A DNA stretch of 64,000 bases from assembly GCA_016709145.1 (NCBI GenBank), contig JADJEK010000009.1, positions 126,368 through 190,367 of the forward strand. Reading direction: 5' to 3'. The stretch comes from Planctomycetota bacterium (GTDB lineage Bacteria; Planctomycetota; B15-G4; JADJEK01). The translations under genes were made by a program, and so were the position numbers. Each line of letters begins with the position of its first letter. Positions within the stretch are counted from its first letter, which is position 1. Of this stretch, positions 1-9,094 are shown piece by piece. Under the pieces are notes generated by a model. The model did no database searches. It had not been told where the DNA came from and saw only the letters and a program-made list of their open reading frames with translations.

Positions 1-2
1 GC

Positions 3-1667
3 CACATCGATGCGCGCATCGATCGCCTGGCGTGGGACCTCGGTGACCCGCAGGGCAGCATGAAGGCGCTCACCGGGCAGAACCTCGGCGCGAACGTGCC
101 GGGCATCAACACGGGGTTCCAGCCGTGGCACCCGATGAAGGGCCCGATGACGACGCAGACGCTGCAAGACATCATCGGGAAGGAACCGCTGCACTGGCGC
201 GGTGACCGCGCCGGCATCGAGGAGTTCAATCCCGCGTTCGTCGGACTGCTCGGCGACGACACCCAGTTGTCGACGCCGCAGATGCAGGCGTTCGAGGACT
301 TCCTGGCCACGATCTCGTTTCCGCCCAACCCGTTCCGCAACGTCGACAACTCGATGCCGAACAGCGTGGCGACGGGCATGGTGAGCCCGGGGCGCTTCTC
401 GCCCAAGGGCACGCCGCTGCCGACCGGCAATCCGAACAACGGCGTGATCGCGTATCGGCCGCCGAACCTGCTCGACGGCGGCGCGATCGCGTGCTCGAGC
501 TGTCACAACCTGCCGACCGGCATGGGCACCGACACGACGTTCAGCTTGGCGACGTTGACGTTCAACCCGATCGCGGCCGGACCGAAGGGCGAGCGGCACC
601 ACATGCTCGTCTCGCAGGACGGTTCGACCAACGTGACGATCAAGGTGCCGCAACTGCGCAACCTCTACGACAAGATCGGCTTCGACACCGCGTTCACGTC
701 GAACCGCGCCGGCTTCGGGTTCCTGCATGACGGCTCCGTGGACACGCTTGCGACGTTCATCGCGGAGCCCGTGTTCAACCCGACGAGCGATCAGCAACTC
801 GCGGACTTGGTCGCGTTGATGCTGTGCTTCGCGGGCGGTGATCTGCCGTACGGCGGCCAATTGCTCGAACCGCCGGCCACGGCGTCGAAGGACACGCACG
901 CGGGCGTCGGCACGCAGACGACCGTGAGCAACGGCGCGAGCCCGGCGCCCGGTCAATTCGCGCTGATCGATCAGATGATCGCGCTCGCGAACACCAACGA
1001 CGTCGACGTCGTGGTCAAGGGCAACCAGGGCGGACTCGCGCGCGGATTCGTCTACGTCGGCGCGAACTCGCTGCAGTCGGATCGGCTCGCGGAGACGACG
1101 ACGGTGGCGACGCTGAAGATCGCGGCCAGCGCGGGCAGCGAACTGACGTGGACGCTGGTCCCCGAGGGCAGCGGCACGCGCATCGGCGTCGACCGCGATC
1201 TGGACGGGTTCTTCGATCGCGACGAACTCGACGCGGGCTCGGACCCCGCCGATCCGCTGTCGGTGCCGGGTTGCGGCACGATGAGCACGTACGGCCAAGG
1301 CTGCGCGGGCTCGGGCAACGTCGCGCCGCGGCTGCAGTTGTCCGGCTGCCCGAAGTCGGGTGGAAACGTCACGATCACGATCGACAAGGCGCTCGGCGGC
1401 TCGTTCGCGTTCGTGTTCTTCGGCCTTGGCGAAGCCGCGCTGCCGATGGGCTACGACTGCACGCTGAACGTCGCGCCGCTGTTGTCGCCGGTGCTCGGAC
1501 CGTTGCCGCTGGCCGGGGCCGGCGCAGGCAATGGCACGATCACGCTGCCGGGCACGCTGCCGCTGGGATTGCCGCAAGTGGCGATCACGATGCAGGCGTT
1601 CGTTTCGGACGCTGGCGGCGCGGGCGGCTTCGCGAACAGCAACGGCGCGAAGATGAACATCGAGTAA
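3..1667 (+). CDS. cytochrome c peroxidase/MauG-family haem protein, C-terminal portion, with an acidic Ca-binding-like repeat and a Cys-rich C-terminal extension; 5' end lies outside the window
   Basis: Frame is open back to nt 3. CxxCH haem motif (CSSCH). KVPQLRNL and GFLHDGSVDTL motifs typical of the second haem domain of di-haem peroxidases. DRDLDGFFDRDELD thrombospondin-type-3-like acidic repeat. Stop at 1665-1667. Confidence 0.6.
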   Translation, partial: HIDARIDRLAWDLGDPQGSMKALTGQNLGANVPGINTGFQPWHPMKGPMTTQTLQDIIGKEPLHWRGDRAGIEEFNPAFVGLLGDDTQLSTPQMQAFEDFLATISFPPNPFRNVDNSMPNSVATGMVSPGRFSPKGTPLPTGNPNNGVIAYRPPNLLDGGAIACSSCHNLPTGMGTDTTFSLATLTFNPIAAGPKGERHHMLVSQDGSTNVTIKVPQLRNLYDKIGFDTAFTSNRAGFGFLHDGSVDTLATFIAEPVFNPTSDQQLADLVALMLCFAGGDLPYGGQLLEPPATASKDTHAGVGTQTTVSNGASPAPGQFALIDQMIALANTNDVDVVVKGNQGGLARGFVYVGANSLQSDRLAETTTVATLKIAASAGSELTWTLVPEGSGTRIGVDRDLDGFFDRDELDAGSDPADPLSVPGCGTMSTYGQGCAGSGNVAPRLQLSGCPKSGGNVTITIDKALGGSFAFVFFGLGEAALPMGYDCTLNVAPLLSPVLGPLPLAGAGAGNGTITLPGTLPLGLPQVAITMQAFVSDAGGAGGFANSNGAKMNIE

Positions 1668-1739
1668 GGCCTTTGCGGCTGGCACCGACGATGGCCTGTG
1701 CGGCCGGCACCATGGGGCCGCAGGGCGGCGGCCCCTAGA

Positions 1740-1750
1740 CCCCCCCCCCC
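1740..1750. other. C11 homopolymer tract in a long GC-rich intergenic region
   Basis: Eleven consecutive C read directly from the sequence. Confidence 0.9.
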
Positions 1751-1866
1751 GCGCCCGGAACCGCAGGACCCGGGGTACGTCGAGGGAGAAGGAACGGGAC
1801 TTTGGTCCGCGCGACGGCCCCCTCGAAGCGCAGACCGCGCGCTCGATGGGGTGCTGTTTGGGGGTT

Positions 1867-1879
1867 GGGGGGGGGGGGG
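1867..1879. other. G13 homopolymer tract
   Basis: Thirteen consecutive G read directly from the sequence. Confidence 0.9.
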
Positions 1880-2235
1880 CCGCGCCCGCTGGCCCGCAGG
1901 GCAGGTGGTTTGGGGAGTCCTTGGGCCGGGGGTCGGCGTCCGCCCACGGGATGCTTGCGCGGGCGCTGGCGCGCGAAGCGAGGGGCGTCCCGCGCGGCTG
2001 ACGGGGATTGGTTTTGGATGGGCAGGGGCTTGCCGCGAAGGGCCGAGGAGTTCGTGGATGGGGGCCTTCTTCTTGGGGATCCGGCCGGGGCGGGCAGACC
2101 GCGCCGCGGCTTCCCTGAAGGTTTCGCGGCGGCGAAGCCCACGCGTTCTGTGGAGATGCGGAGGCGCCGTCGCGACCGAAGCCGGCGGGGGGCAGGCCGA
2201 CGGACCGTGGTGGACGGTGCAGGACGAGGCCTCCC

Positions 2236-2692
2236 GGGCCGTCCCGGGCGGCTACCGGCCCGGGCCGTCACCCGGGCCGTCACCGGCCGTCACGCCCGGG
2301 CCGTCCGCCGGGCCGGCGCGTCACCGGCTGGCCCCAGGCCGTCACCCGGGGGGGGAGGCCCCGGGCCGCGCGCGGCCCGGGCCGCCACCACGGCGGGGGT
2401 GCTGTTTGGGTTGTGCCGCGCCCCGCCCCCCCGGGGGGGCGGGGGGTTTGGGCGCGTCACCCCGGCACCCGCCCGGGCCGTCACCCGCCGTCACCCGGGC
2501 CGTCGCGCCGCAAACCGGGCGGGCGGCCACCCCCGGGCTGGCACCCGGGCCGTCACCCGGAGCGGCCGTCACCCGGGCCGTCACCCGGGCTGGCACGGGC
2601 CGTCACCGGGCCGTCACCCGGGCCGTCACCCGGGCTGGCACCCGGGCTGGCACCCGGGCCAGCACCCGGGCCAGCACCCGGGCCACTTCGCT
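2236..2692 (+). repeat. degenerate tandem array of a 12-nt unit CCGTCACCCGGG (variants CCGGGCTGGCAC and CCGGGCCAGCAC), interrupted by G/C homopolymers, directly upstream of the hydroxyproline operon
   Basis: 12-nt periodicity is visible from nt 2236-2340 and again from 2470-2690. The unit is the reverse complement of the array at 54075-54155. Confidence 0.8.
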
Positions 2693-2795
2693 CGCCGCCT
2701 GTCGTTCGATGCGCGCGTCGCGTTCCGCACGGGACTTGCGCCGCACCTTGGTGCCTTCGAGTTCGAGTGCTCTTCGTCGCTAAACTCCGTCCGCC

Positions 2796-4406
2796 ATGGC
2801 ACACGACTCGACATCACTGATGGGTACCTCTTGGGTGGGCGGCCGGCGCGCGGAGGCTGGGACGAGCCCTGTCTGGTTCTCCGCATTCGATCCCGCCCGC
2901 GCTTGTGATCTCGATCCTCCCTTCCTCGCGGCGACGACCGACGATGTCCATGCCGCCATGCGCGCGGCTTCCTCCGCGTTCGAAGCGCTCTCCGTCCGGC
3001 CTCCCCACGAGCGCGCGACCTTGCTCGAGCGGTGCGCCGATGGGTTGCTCGAACTCGGCGACGCGCTGATCGAGCGGGCCTGCCTCGAGACCGGATTGCC
3101 CGGCGCTCGCCTTGCCGCCGAACGCGATCGCACCGTCGCTCAACTGCGCATGTTCGCCGCGCTCGTGCGCGACGGCTCGTACGTCGAGGCTTCGATCGAT
3201 CACGGCGATCCGAAGCGCCAGCCGACTCCGAAGCCCGACGTTCGGCGGATGTTGAAGCCTCTTGGCCCCGTCGTCGTGTTCGGCGCCAGCAACTTCCCGC
3301 TCGCGTTCTCGACGCTCGGCGGCGACTCCGCGTCGGCACTCGCCGCCGGTTGCCCCGTCGTCGTCAAAGGCCATCCCGCGCATCCCGGCACCGGCGAGCT
3401 CGTCACCGACGTCGTCGTCCGCGCCGCGCACTCGCTCGAATTGCCAGCCGGCACGTTCAGCTACCTCCACGCCGGCGGCTCGCGCGAAGTGCATGTCGGC
3501 ATCGAACTGCTACGTCATCCCTCGACGCGCGCGGCCGGATTCACCGGATCGCTCGCGGCCGGCACCGCGCTCGCTCGCATTGCCGCCGAGCGACCCGAGC
3601 CGATCCCGTTCTTCGCCGAGATGGGCAGCGTCAATCCGGTGTTCGTGCTGCCCGCTGTGCTCCGCGACCGCGCCGCCGCGATCGCCGACGCGCTGTTCCA
3701 GTCGTTCACGAACTCCGTCGGCCAGATGTGCACGAGCCCCGGCCTCGTGTTCGTGCCCAAGGGCGAAGGCGCCGATCGTCTCGCTGCCGCACTCACGCAG
3801 CTCGTGCGCGCGGCATCGTCGGCGCCCATGCTGACGCCGAAGATCCGCGCCTCGTTCACCGACGGCGTGCTGCGCTTGAAGAACGTGCCGGGCGTGTTCC
3901 GACTCGCCGAAGTCGACGGCGAGGGCATGAACGCCGGACCGGCGCTGCTCGCGACCACCTACGAGGCGCTGTCGCGCGAACCCGCGATCGCCGAGGAAGT
4001 GTTCGGGCCGGTGCTCGTGCTCGTCGAATGCTCGCACCTCGACGAGTTGTTCGCGTCGGCGAAGCTCGTCCACGGCTCGCTCGCCGCGGCGCTGTGGATG
4101 AGCGACGACGACGGCCCGGCCGCGCACGCGCTGCTCGCCCGACTCGAGAAGATCGCCGGCCGCGTGATCGTGAACGGCATGCCGACCGGCGTCGAAGTGT
4201 GCGCATCGATGGTCCACGGCGGCCCGTTCCCCGCGACCAACCGACCCGAGGCGAGCGCGGTCGGCGCCTCGGCCCTGCGACGCTGGTGCCGCCCGGTCGC
4301 GTGGCAGAACGTGCCGGACAAGCTGCTGCCGCTCGAGTTGCAAGAAGCCAACCCGCGCAAGATCGCTCGCGTCGTCGACGGCGCGGCGGTCGTCGCGCCC
4401 CGCTGA
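2796..4406 (+). CDS. NAD(P)-dependent aldehyde dehydrogenase, probable alpha-ketoglutarate semialdehyde (2,5-dioxovalerate) dehydrogenase
   Basis: 536-aa ORF with the VFGASNFPLAFS and GCPVVVKGHP signatures of ALDH-family KGSADH. First gene of the hydroxyproline catabolic operon. An alternative start at M 2820 is possible. Confidence 0.8.
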   Translation: MAHDSTSLMGTSWVGGRRAEAGTSPVWFSAFDPARACDLDPPFLAATTDDVHAAMRAASSAFEALSVRPPHERATLLERCADGLLELGDALIERACLETGLPGARLAAERDRTVAQLRMFAALVRDGSYVEASIDHGDPKRQPTPKPDVRRMLKPLGPVVVFGASNFPLAFSTLGGDSASALAAGCPVVVKGHPAHPGTGELVTDVVVRAAHSLELPAGTFSYLHAGGSREVHVGIELLRHPSTRAAGFTGSLAAGTALARIAAERPEPIPFFAEMGSVNPVFVLPAVLRDRAAAIADALFQSFTNSVGQMCTSPGLVFVPKGEGADRLAAALTQLVRAASSAPMLTPKIRASFTDGVLRLKNVPGVFRLAEVDGEGMNAGPALLATTYEALSREPAIAEEVFGPVLVLVECSHLDELFASAKLVHGSLAAALWMSDDDGPAAHALLARLEKIAGRVIVNGMPTGVEVCASMVHGGPFPATNRPEASAVGASALRRWCRPVAWQNVPDKLLPLELQEANPRKIARVVDGAAVVAPR

Positions 4407-4413
4407 GGTCGCG

Positions 4414-5361
4414 ATGCACCGTGTCCGCGTCGTCGATTCCCACACCGAAGGCGAGCCGACGCGCGTCGTGCTCGACGGAGCGCCGGACCTCGGCGGTGGA
4501 ACCGTCGCCGCGCAGGCCCGCGTGTTCCGCGAACGCTTCGACTGGTTCCGTGCGGCCGTCGTCAACGAACCACGCGGCCACGATGCGCTGGTCGGCGCGC
4601 TCGTCGTGCCGTCCGTCGAGCGCGACACCGTCTGCGGCGTGATCTTCTTCAACAACGTCGGACTGCTGAACGCTTGCGGACACGGCACGATCGGCCTCGC
4701 GCGGACGCTCGTCCACACGGGTCGCATCGGCGTCGGCCGCCATCGCTTCGAGACGCCCGTCGGCGTCGTCGCGGTCACGATCGACGCGCACGGTGACATC
4801 GAGCTCGACAACGTCGCGAGCTTCCGCCACGAGCTCGACGTCGCCGTCGACGTCGAGCTCGACGGCAGGACGCGCGTCATGCATGGCGACGTCGCGTGGG
4901 GTGGCAACTGGTTCTTCCTCGTCTCCGACCACGGCGAGCCGATCGAGCTCGCGCGCGTCGATCGTCTGACGTCCGTCGCTTGGGCGATCCGCGATGCGCT
5001 CGAGCGCCAGGGAGTGACGGGCAAGGACGGCGGCGTCATCGACCACGTCGAGTTGTTCGGCCCGCCGACGCGGTCCGACTGCGACTCGAAGAACTTCGTG
5101 CTTTGTCCCGGCAAGGCCTGGGATCGCTCGCCGTGCGGCACCGGCACCAGCGCGAAGCTCGCGTGTCTCGTCGCCGACGGCAAGCTCGCGCTGGGTGCGG
5201 AGTGGCGCCAAGAGAGCGTGATCGGCAGCCGCTTCGTCGGCCGCATGCGCGCCGAGCACGGGGCGTGGATCCCGACGATCCGCGGGCAGGCGTTCGTGAC
5301 CGCCGAGTCGACGTTGCTGATCGATCCGGGCGATCCGTTCCGGTACGGCTTCGGGTCATGA
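4414..5361 (+). CDS. 4-hydroxyproline 2-epimerase (proline racemase family)
   Basis: 315 aa. Proline-racemase-family motifs including SPCGTGTSAKLA, which carries the catalytic Cys. 7-nt gap after the preceding gene. Confidence 0.8.
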   Translation: MHRVRVVDSHTEGEPTRVVLDGAPDLGGGTVAAQARVFRERFDWFRAAVVNEPRGHDALVGALVVPSVERDTVCGVIFFNNVGLLNACGHGTIGLARTLVHTGRIGVGRHRFETPVGVVAVTIDAHGDIELDNVASFRHELDVAVDVELDGRTRVMHGDVAWGGNWFFLVSDHGEPIELARVDRLTSVAWAIRDALERQGVTGKDGGVIDHVELFGPPTRSDCDSKNFVLCPGKAWDRSPCGTGTSAKLACLVADGKLALGAEWRQESVIGSRFVGRMRAEHGAWIPTIRGQAFVTAESTLLIDPGDPFRYGFGS

Positions 5362-6500
5362 ACGGCGACGGCACTTCGTCTCGAGCGACCGACGTCCTCG
5401 TCGTCGGAGCGGGGATCGTCGGAGTGGCGTGCGCCGCCGCGTTCGCGGCCCGCGGCGCGACGGTGCGCGTGATCGAGCGCGGCCCGATCGGAGGTGGCGC
5501 GACCGCGGCCGGGATGGGGCACCTGATGGTCCTCGACGACGCACCGGCGGAGTTCGCGCTGACGAGGCGCTCGTGCGAATTGTGGACCGAACTCGCGCCC
5601 GACTTGCCGCCGCGCGCGGAGTACTCGGTGGCCGGAACGTTGTGGGTCGCGACCGACTCGGCCGAGTTCGATGTCGCACGAGCGAAGTTCGTGCGATTGC
5701 GCGAGGTCGGGATCGACGCCGATCTCCTCGACGAATCCGCGTTGCGGGAGGTTGAACCGGCGCTGCGTCCCGGACTCCTCGGGGGGCTGCGATTACCGAC
5801 CGAGGCCATCGTTTACCCGCCAGTCGTCGCTCGCTGGCTCCTTGATCGTGCGGGCATCCTGGGCCGCCCTTCGATGCTCTTTGCGCGAGTTGCGCGGATC
5901 GAGCCTGGACGCGTGACGCTCGACGACGGAACGGTGCTGGCGGCCGGGATCATCGTCAACGCCGCCGGCGTGGATGGCGGAACACTGACGCCCGGGATCG
6001 TGCTGCGTGCGCGCAAAGGCCACTTGATGATCACGGATCGCTACCCGGGACAGTTGAGGCACGAAGTCGTCGAACTCGGCTACATCAAGAACGCGCACGG
6101 CGCGGCGCTCGAATCCGTCGCCTGCAACGTCCAGCCGCGCGCGACCGGTCAGTGGCTCGTCGGATCGTCCCGACAATTCGACGTCGTCGATCCGCGAGCT
6201 GAACCGCGCATGCTGGCACGCGTCGCGGCGCGCGCGATCGAGTTCCTGCCGTGCCTCGCGCACATGAACGTCGTACGCGCGTGGACCGGCCTCCGGGCGG
6301 TGTCCGTCGACGGCTTGCCGATCATCGGCGAGCACCCGACCCAACGCGGAGTCTGGCTCGCGCTCGGGCACGAAGGACTCGGCATCACGACGGCGCTCGC
6401 GACCGCCGAACTGCTGGTCGACCTCGTGGAACGCCGTGAGCCGCGCGTGCCGGCCGCCGCGTTCGACCCCGCGCGCTGCGTCGTGGCGAGGGCGTCATGA
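5358..6500 (+). CDS. FAD-dependent oxidoreductase, D-hydroxyproline dehydrogenase beta-subunit-like (DadA/LhpB family)
   Basis: Start ATG overlaps the upstream stop (ATGA). N-terminal VLVVGAGIVGVACAAAFAARG dinucleotide-binding fold. In frame with ORF 4896..6500. Confidence 0.75.
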   Translation: MNGDGTSSRATDVLVVGAGIVGVACAAAFAARGATVRVIERGPIGGGATAAGMGHLMVLDDAPAEFALTRRSCELWTELAPDLPPRAEYSVAGTLWVATDSAEFDVARAKFVRLREVGIDADLLDESALREVEPALRPGLLGGLRLPTEAIVYPPVVARWLLDRAGILGRPSMLFARVARIEPGRVTLDDGTVLAAGIIVNAAGVDGGTLTPGIVLRARKGHLMITDRYPGQLRHEVVELGYIKNAHGAALESVACNVQPRATGQWLVGSSRQFDVVDPRAEPRMLARVAARAIEFLPCLAHMNVVRAWTGLRAVSVDGLPIIGEHPTQRGVWLALGHEGLGITTALATAELLVDLVERREPRVPAAAFDPARCVVARAS

Positions 6501-8026
6501 GCACGCGCGTGCGCATCGACGTGGACGGTCGCTCGATCGAGGTCGATGCCGACGCGTCGCTGGCCGCCGCGCTGATCACCGCGAACGTCGCCACCACGCG
6601 CACGAGCGTCCGCGGTGAACCTCGCGGGCCGCTCTGTGGCATGGGCGTGTGTTTCGAATGCCGCGCGACGGTCGACGACGTCCCGCACGTGCGAACGTGC
6701 ATGACGCGCGTGCGCGCCGGCATGCGTGTCCGCACGGGCGCACCGGCCGCCGCTCCCCTGACCGCCGCAGCGCCGCCGCTCGCTCGGCTCGATGCCGACG
6801 TGGTCGTGGTCGGCGCCGGACCGGCCGGCCTCGCCGCGGCGTGCGCGGCGGCGCAGGGCGGCAAGCGCGTGCTGATCCTCGACGACAACGACGGCACGGG
6901 CGGCCAGATCTGGCGGCGCGACGCGGCGACGCCGGCGGCGACGTGGCGCGCTCGTGCGCAGCGCCTCGGAGTCCTCGTCGAATCATCGACGCGCGTCGTC
7001 GGAGTCCACGACGAACGCAGCCTGCTCGCCGTGCGCGGCGATGCGGCGCGAGTGGTGGGCTACGGCGCGTTGGTGCTCGCGACCGGGTCGACCGAGCGCT
7101 TCGTGACGTTCCCCGGGTGGACGCTGCCGCGCGTGTTCGGCGCCGGCGGTGCGCAAGCGTTGCTGAAAAGCGGATTGCGCGTCGACGGCTCGCGAGTCGT
7201 CGTCGCCGGCAGCGGACCGCTGTTGCTCGCGGTCGCCGCGACGTGGGCGCGTCACGGCGCGCGCGTCGTGGCGCTGGTCGAGCAAGCTCCCGCGGCCCGC
7301 GTCCGCGCATTCGCGCGCGGGTTGTGGGCGCGCCCGGCCAAGCTCGCGCAAGCGGCGTGGCTGCGCGCGCGATTGCTCGGCGTGCCGTTCCGTATGGGCT
7401 GGTGGCCGCAGCGCATCGACTCCGCCGCCGACGCGCTGCGCGTGACGATCACCGACGGACGGCGCGTCGCCGCACTCGCGACCGACTACGTCGCGTGTGG
7501 GTTCGGCCTCGTGCCCGACGTGCGGCTCGCCGCGGTGCTCGGGTGCGCGATCGAGCGCGGCGCGGTCGTGGTCGACGACGAGCAACGCACCAGCGTGCCG
7601 CACGTGTTCTGCGCCGGCGAGACGACCGGGATCGGCGGTGTCGACAAAGCGCTACTCGAGGGCGAGCGCGCCGGCAGCGCGGCGGCGGGAATTCGCTCGA
7701 CGACCTCGCGCGCGATGCTGGCGCGCGAGCGCCGGTTCGCCGCGGCGCTCGAGACGACGTTCGCGCTGCGCGACGAACTGCGCGCCCTTACGGCGCCCGA
7801 CACGATCGTGTGTCGGTGCGAGGACGTCCTGCGCTCCGACGTCGACGCGTGCGCGTCGTGGCGCGACGCGAAGCTGCAGACGCGGATCGGCATGGGACCG
7901 TGCCAGGGTCGCGTCTGCGGCAGTGGCGTCGCGTTCACGCACGGCTTCGCGGTCGCCGACGCGCGGCCGCCCGTGTTCAATGTCCCGCTTTCGACCCTGT
8001 GTGGTGGACCGGACTCCGGAGCGTGA
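6497..8026 (+). CDS. fused [2Fe-2S] ferredoxin-like / FAD-NAD(P)-binding oxidoreductase subunit (HcnA-HcnB / opine oxidase-like; gamma-alpha subunits of D-hydroxyproline dehydrogenase)
   Basis: ATGA overlap with the upstream gene. N-terminal CGMGVCFEC cluster motif. Two Rossmann GxGxxG motifs (VVVVGAGPAGLAAA and VVVAGSGPLLLAVAA). Confidence 0.75.
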   Translation: MSTRVRIDVDGRSIEVDADASLAAALITANVATTRTSVRGEPRGPLCGMGVCFECRATVDDVPHVRTCMTRVRAGMRVRTGAPAAAPLTAAAPPLARLDADVVVVGAGPAGLAAACAAAQGGKRVLILDDNDGTGGQIWRRDAATPAATWRARAQRLGVLVESSTRVVGVHDERSLLAVRGDAARVVGYGALVLATGSTERFVTFPGWTLPRVFGAGGAQALLKSGLRVDGSRVVVAGSGPLLLAVAATWARHGARVVALVEQAPAARVRAFARGLWARPAKLAQAAWLRARLLGVPFRMGWWPQRIDSAADALRVTITDGRRVAALATDYVACGFGLVPDVRLAAVLGCAIERGAVVVDDEQRTSVPHVFCAGETTGIGGVDKALLEGERAGSAAAGIRSTTSRAMLARERRFAAALETTFALRDELRALTAPDTIVCRCEDVLRSDVDACASWRDAKLQTRIGMGPCQGRVCGSGVAFTHGFAVADARPPVFNVPLSTLCGGPDSGA

Positions 8027-8030
8027 ACCC

Positions 8031-8963
8031 ATGACGACGCGAGACCCGATGCGAGCGACCGACTGGCGCGGAGTGCTGCCGGCGATCACGACGCCGTTCG
8101 ACGCGCACGACCGCATCGACCTCGCGTTCGTGCGCAAGCACGTCGCGTGGCTCGTCGACGCCGGTTGCCGCGGTATCGTCACGCCGGGCTCGCTCGGCGA
8201 AGGCGCGACGCTGAGTGGCGCCGAGAAGACGGCGCTGTGGTCGGCGTGCGTGGACGCGGTCGGCGCGCGCGTGCCGGTGATCGCCGCGATCGCGTCGGCC
8301 AGCACGGCGGACGCCGTCGCGCTCGCGGAGGCCGCGGTCGATGCCGGTTGCCGCGGGCTGATGGTGCTGCCGCCGTACCTCTACAAGGGCGCGTGGCGCG
8401 AGACGAAGGCGCACTTCGCCGCGGTGCTGCGCGCGACTCCGGCGACGGCGATGCTCTACAACAACCCGATCGCCTACGGCGTCGACGCGATGCCCGAGCA
8501 GGTCGCCGAACTCGCGGCCGAACACCCGAGCCTCCTCGCCGTCAAGGAATCGAGCGCCGACGTGCGCCGCATCACCGCGATCCGCTCGCAGTGCGGCGAT
8601 CGCTTGCAGATCAGCGTCGGTGTCGACGACCTGCTGGTCGAAGGCGTCGCCGCGGGCGCCGTCGGTTGGGTCGCCGGACTCGTCAACGCGTTGCCGCTCG
8701 AATCGGTGCGGCTGTTCGACCTCGCGCGCGCGGGACGCTCGCCGGAATGCGACGCGCTCTACGGGTGGTTCCTGCCGCTGTTGCGCATGGACACGACCTA
8801 CGACTTCGTCCAGCTCATCAAGCTCGTCCAACACGAAGTCGGCATGACCGGCAGCGGCGGGCCGATCGTGCGGGGGCCGCGGCGTTTGCCGGAAGGCGAG
8901 GAGCTCGAACGGACCGTCGGTGTCATTCGCGCAACCCTCGCGGCTCGACACATCCTGCGTTAG
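8031..8963 (+). CDS. dihydrodipicolinate synthase-family lyase, probable delta1-pyrroline-4-hydroxy-2-carboxylate deaminase
   Basis: ATG lies 5 nt after the upstream stop and is in frame with ORF 7497..8963. DapA/NAL-family motifs (GIVTPGSLGEGATLS, the Schiff-base Lys region, LAVKESS). Its position in the operon supports the assignment. Confidence 0.75.
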   Translation: MTTRDPMRATDWRGVLPAITTPFDAHDRIDLAFVRKHVAWLVDAGCRGIVTPGSLGEGATLSGAEKTALWSACVDAVGARVPVIAAIASASTADAVALAEAAVDAGCRGLMVLPPYLYKGAWRETKAHFAAVLRATPATAMLYNNPIAYGVDAMPEQVAELAAEHPSLLAVKESSADVRRITAIRSQCGDRLQISVGVDDLLVEGVAAGAVGWVAGLVNALPLESVRLFDLARAGRSPECDALYGWFLPLLRMDTTYDFVQLIKLVQHEVGMTGSGGPIVRGPRRLPEGEELERTVGVIRATLAARHILR

Positions 8964-9094
8964 AAGAGTGACGCAACGACTGGCGACTTGAAACTCGACG
9001 GCCCTCCAGCGCCTGTGACATTGACCGATGGTTCGAATCCAAGCACTGAGGCGCACGAGCTCGATACCTGGCCGGACATCCATCCGATGGAGCA

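Noticed and set aside
2236-2692. CRISPR array
   Set aside because: Repeat units are only 9-12 nt and directly tandem with no unique spacers, and there are no cas genes. These are minisatellite-type arrays, not CRISPR.
1698-2908. Long ORFs (361 and 368 aa) spanning the intergenic repeat region
   Set aside because: Arg/Pro/Gly-rich low-complexity translations of tandem repeats and homopolymers. No RBS or domain. Typical spurious high-GC frames.
3510-5522. 670-aa minus-strand ORF antisense to the hydroxyproline operon
   Set aside because: Arg-rich composition and fully overlapped by well-supported plus-strand genes with recognisable domains.
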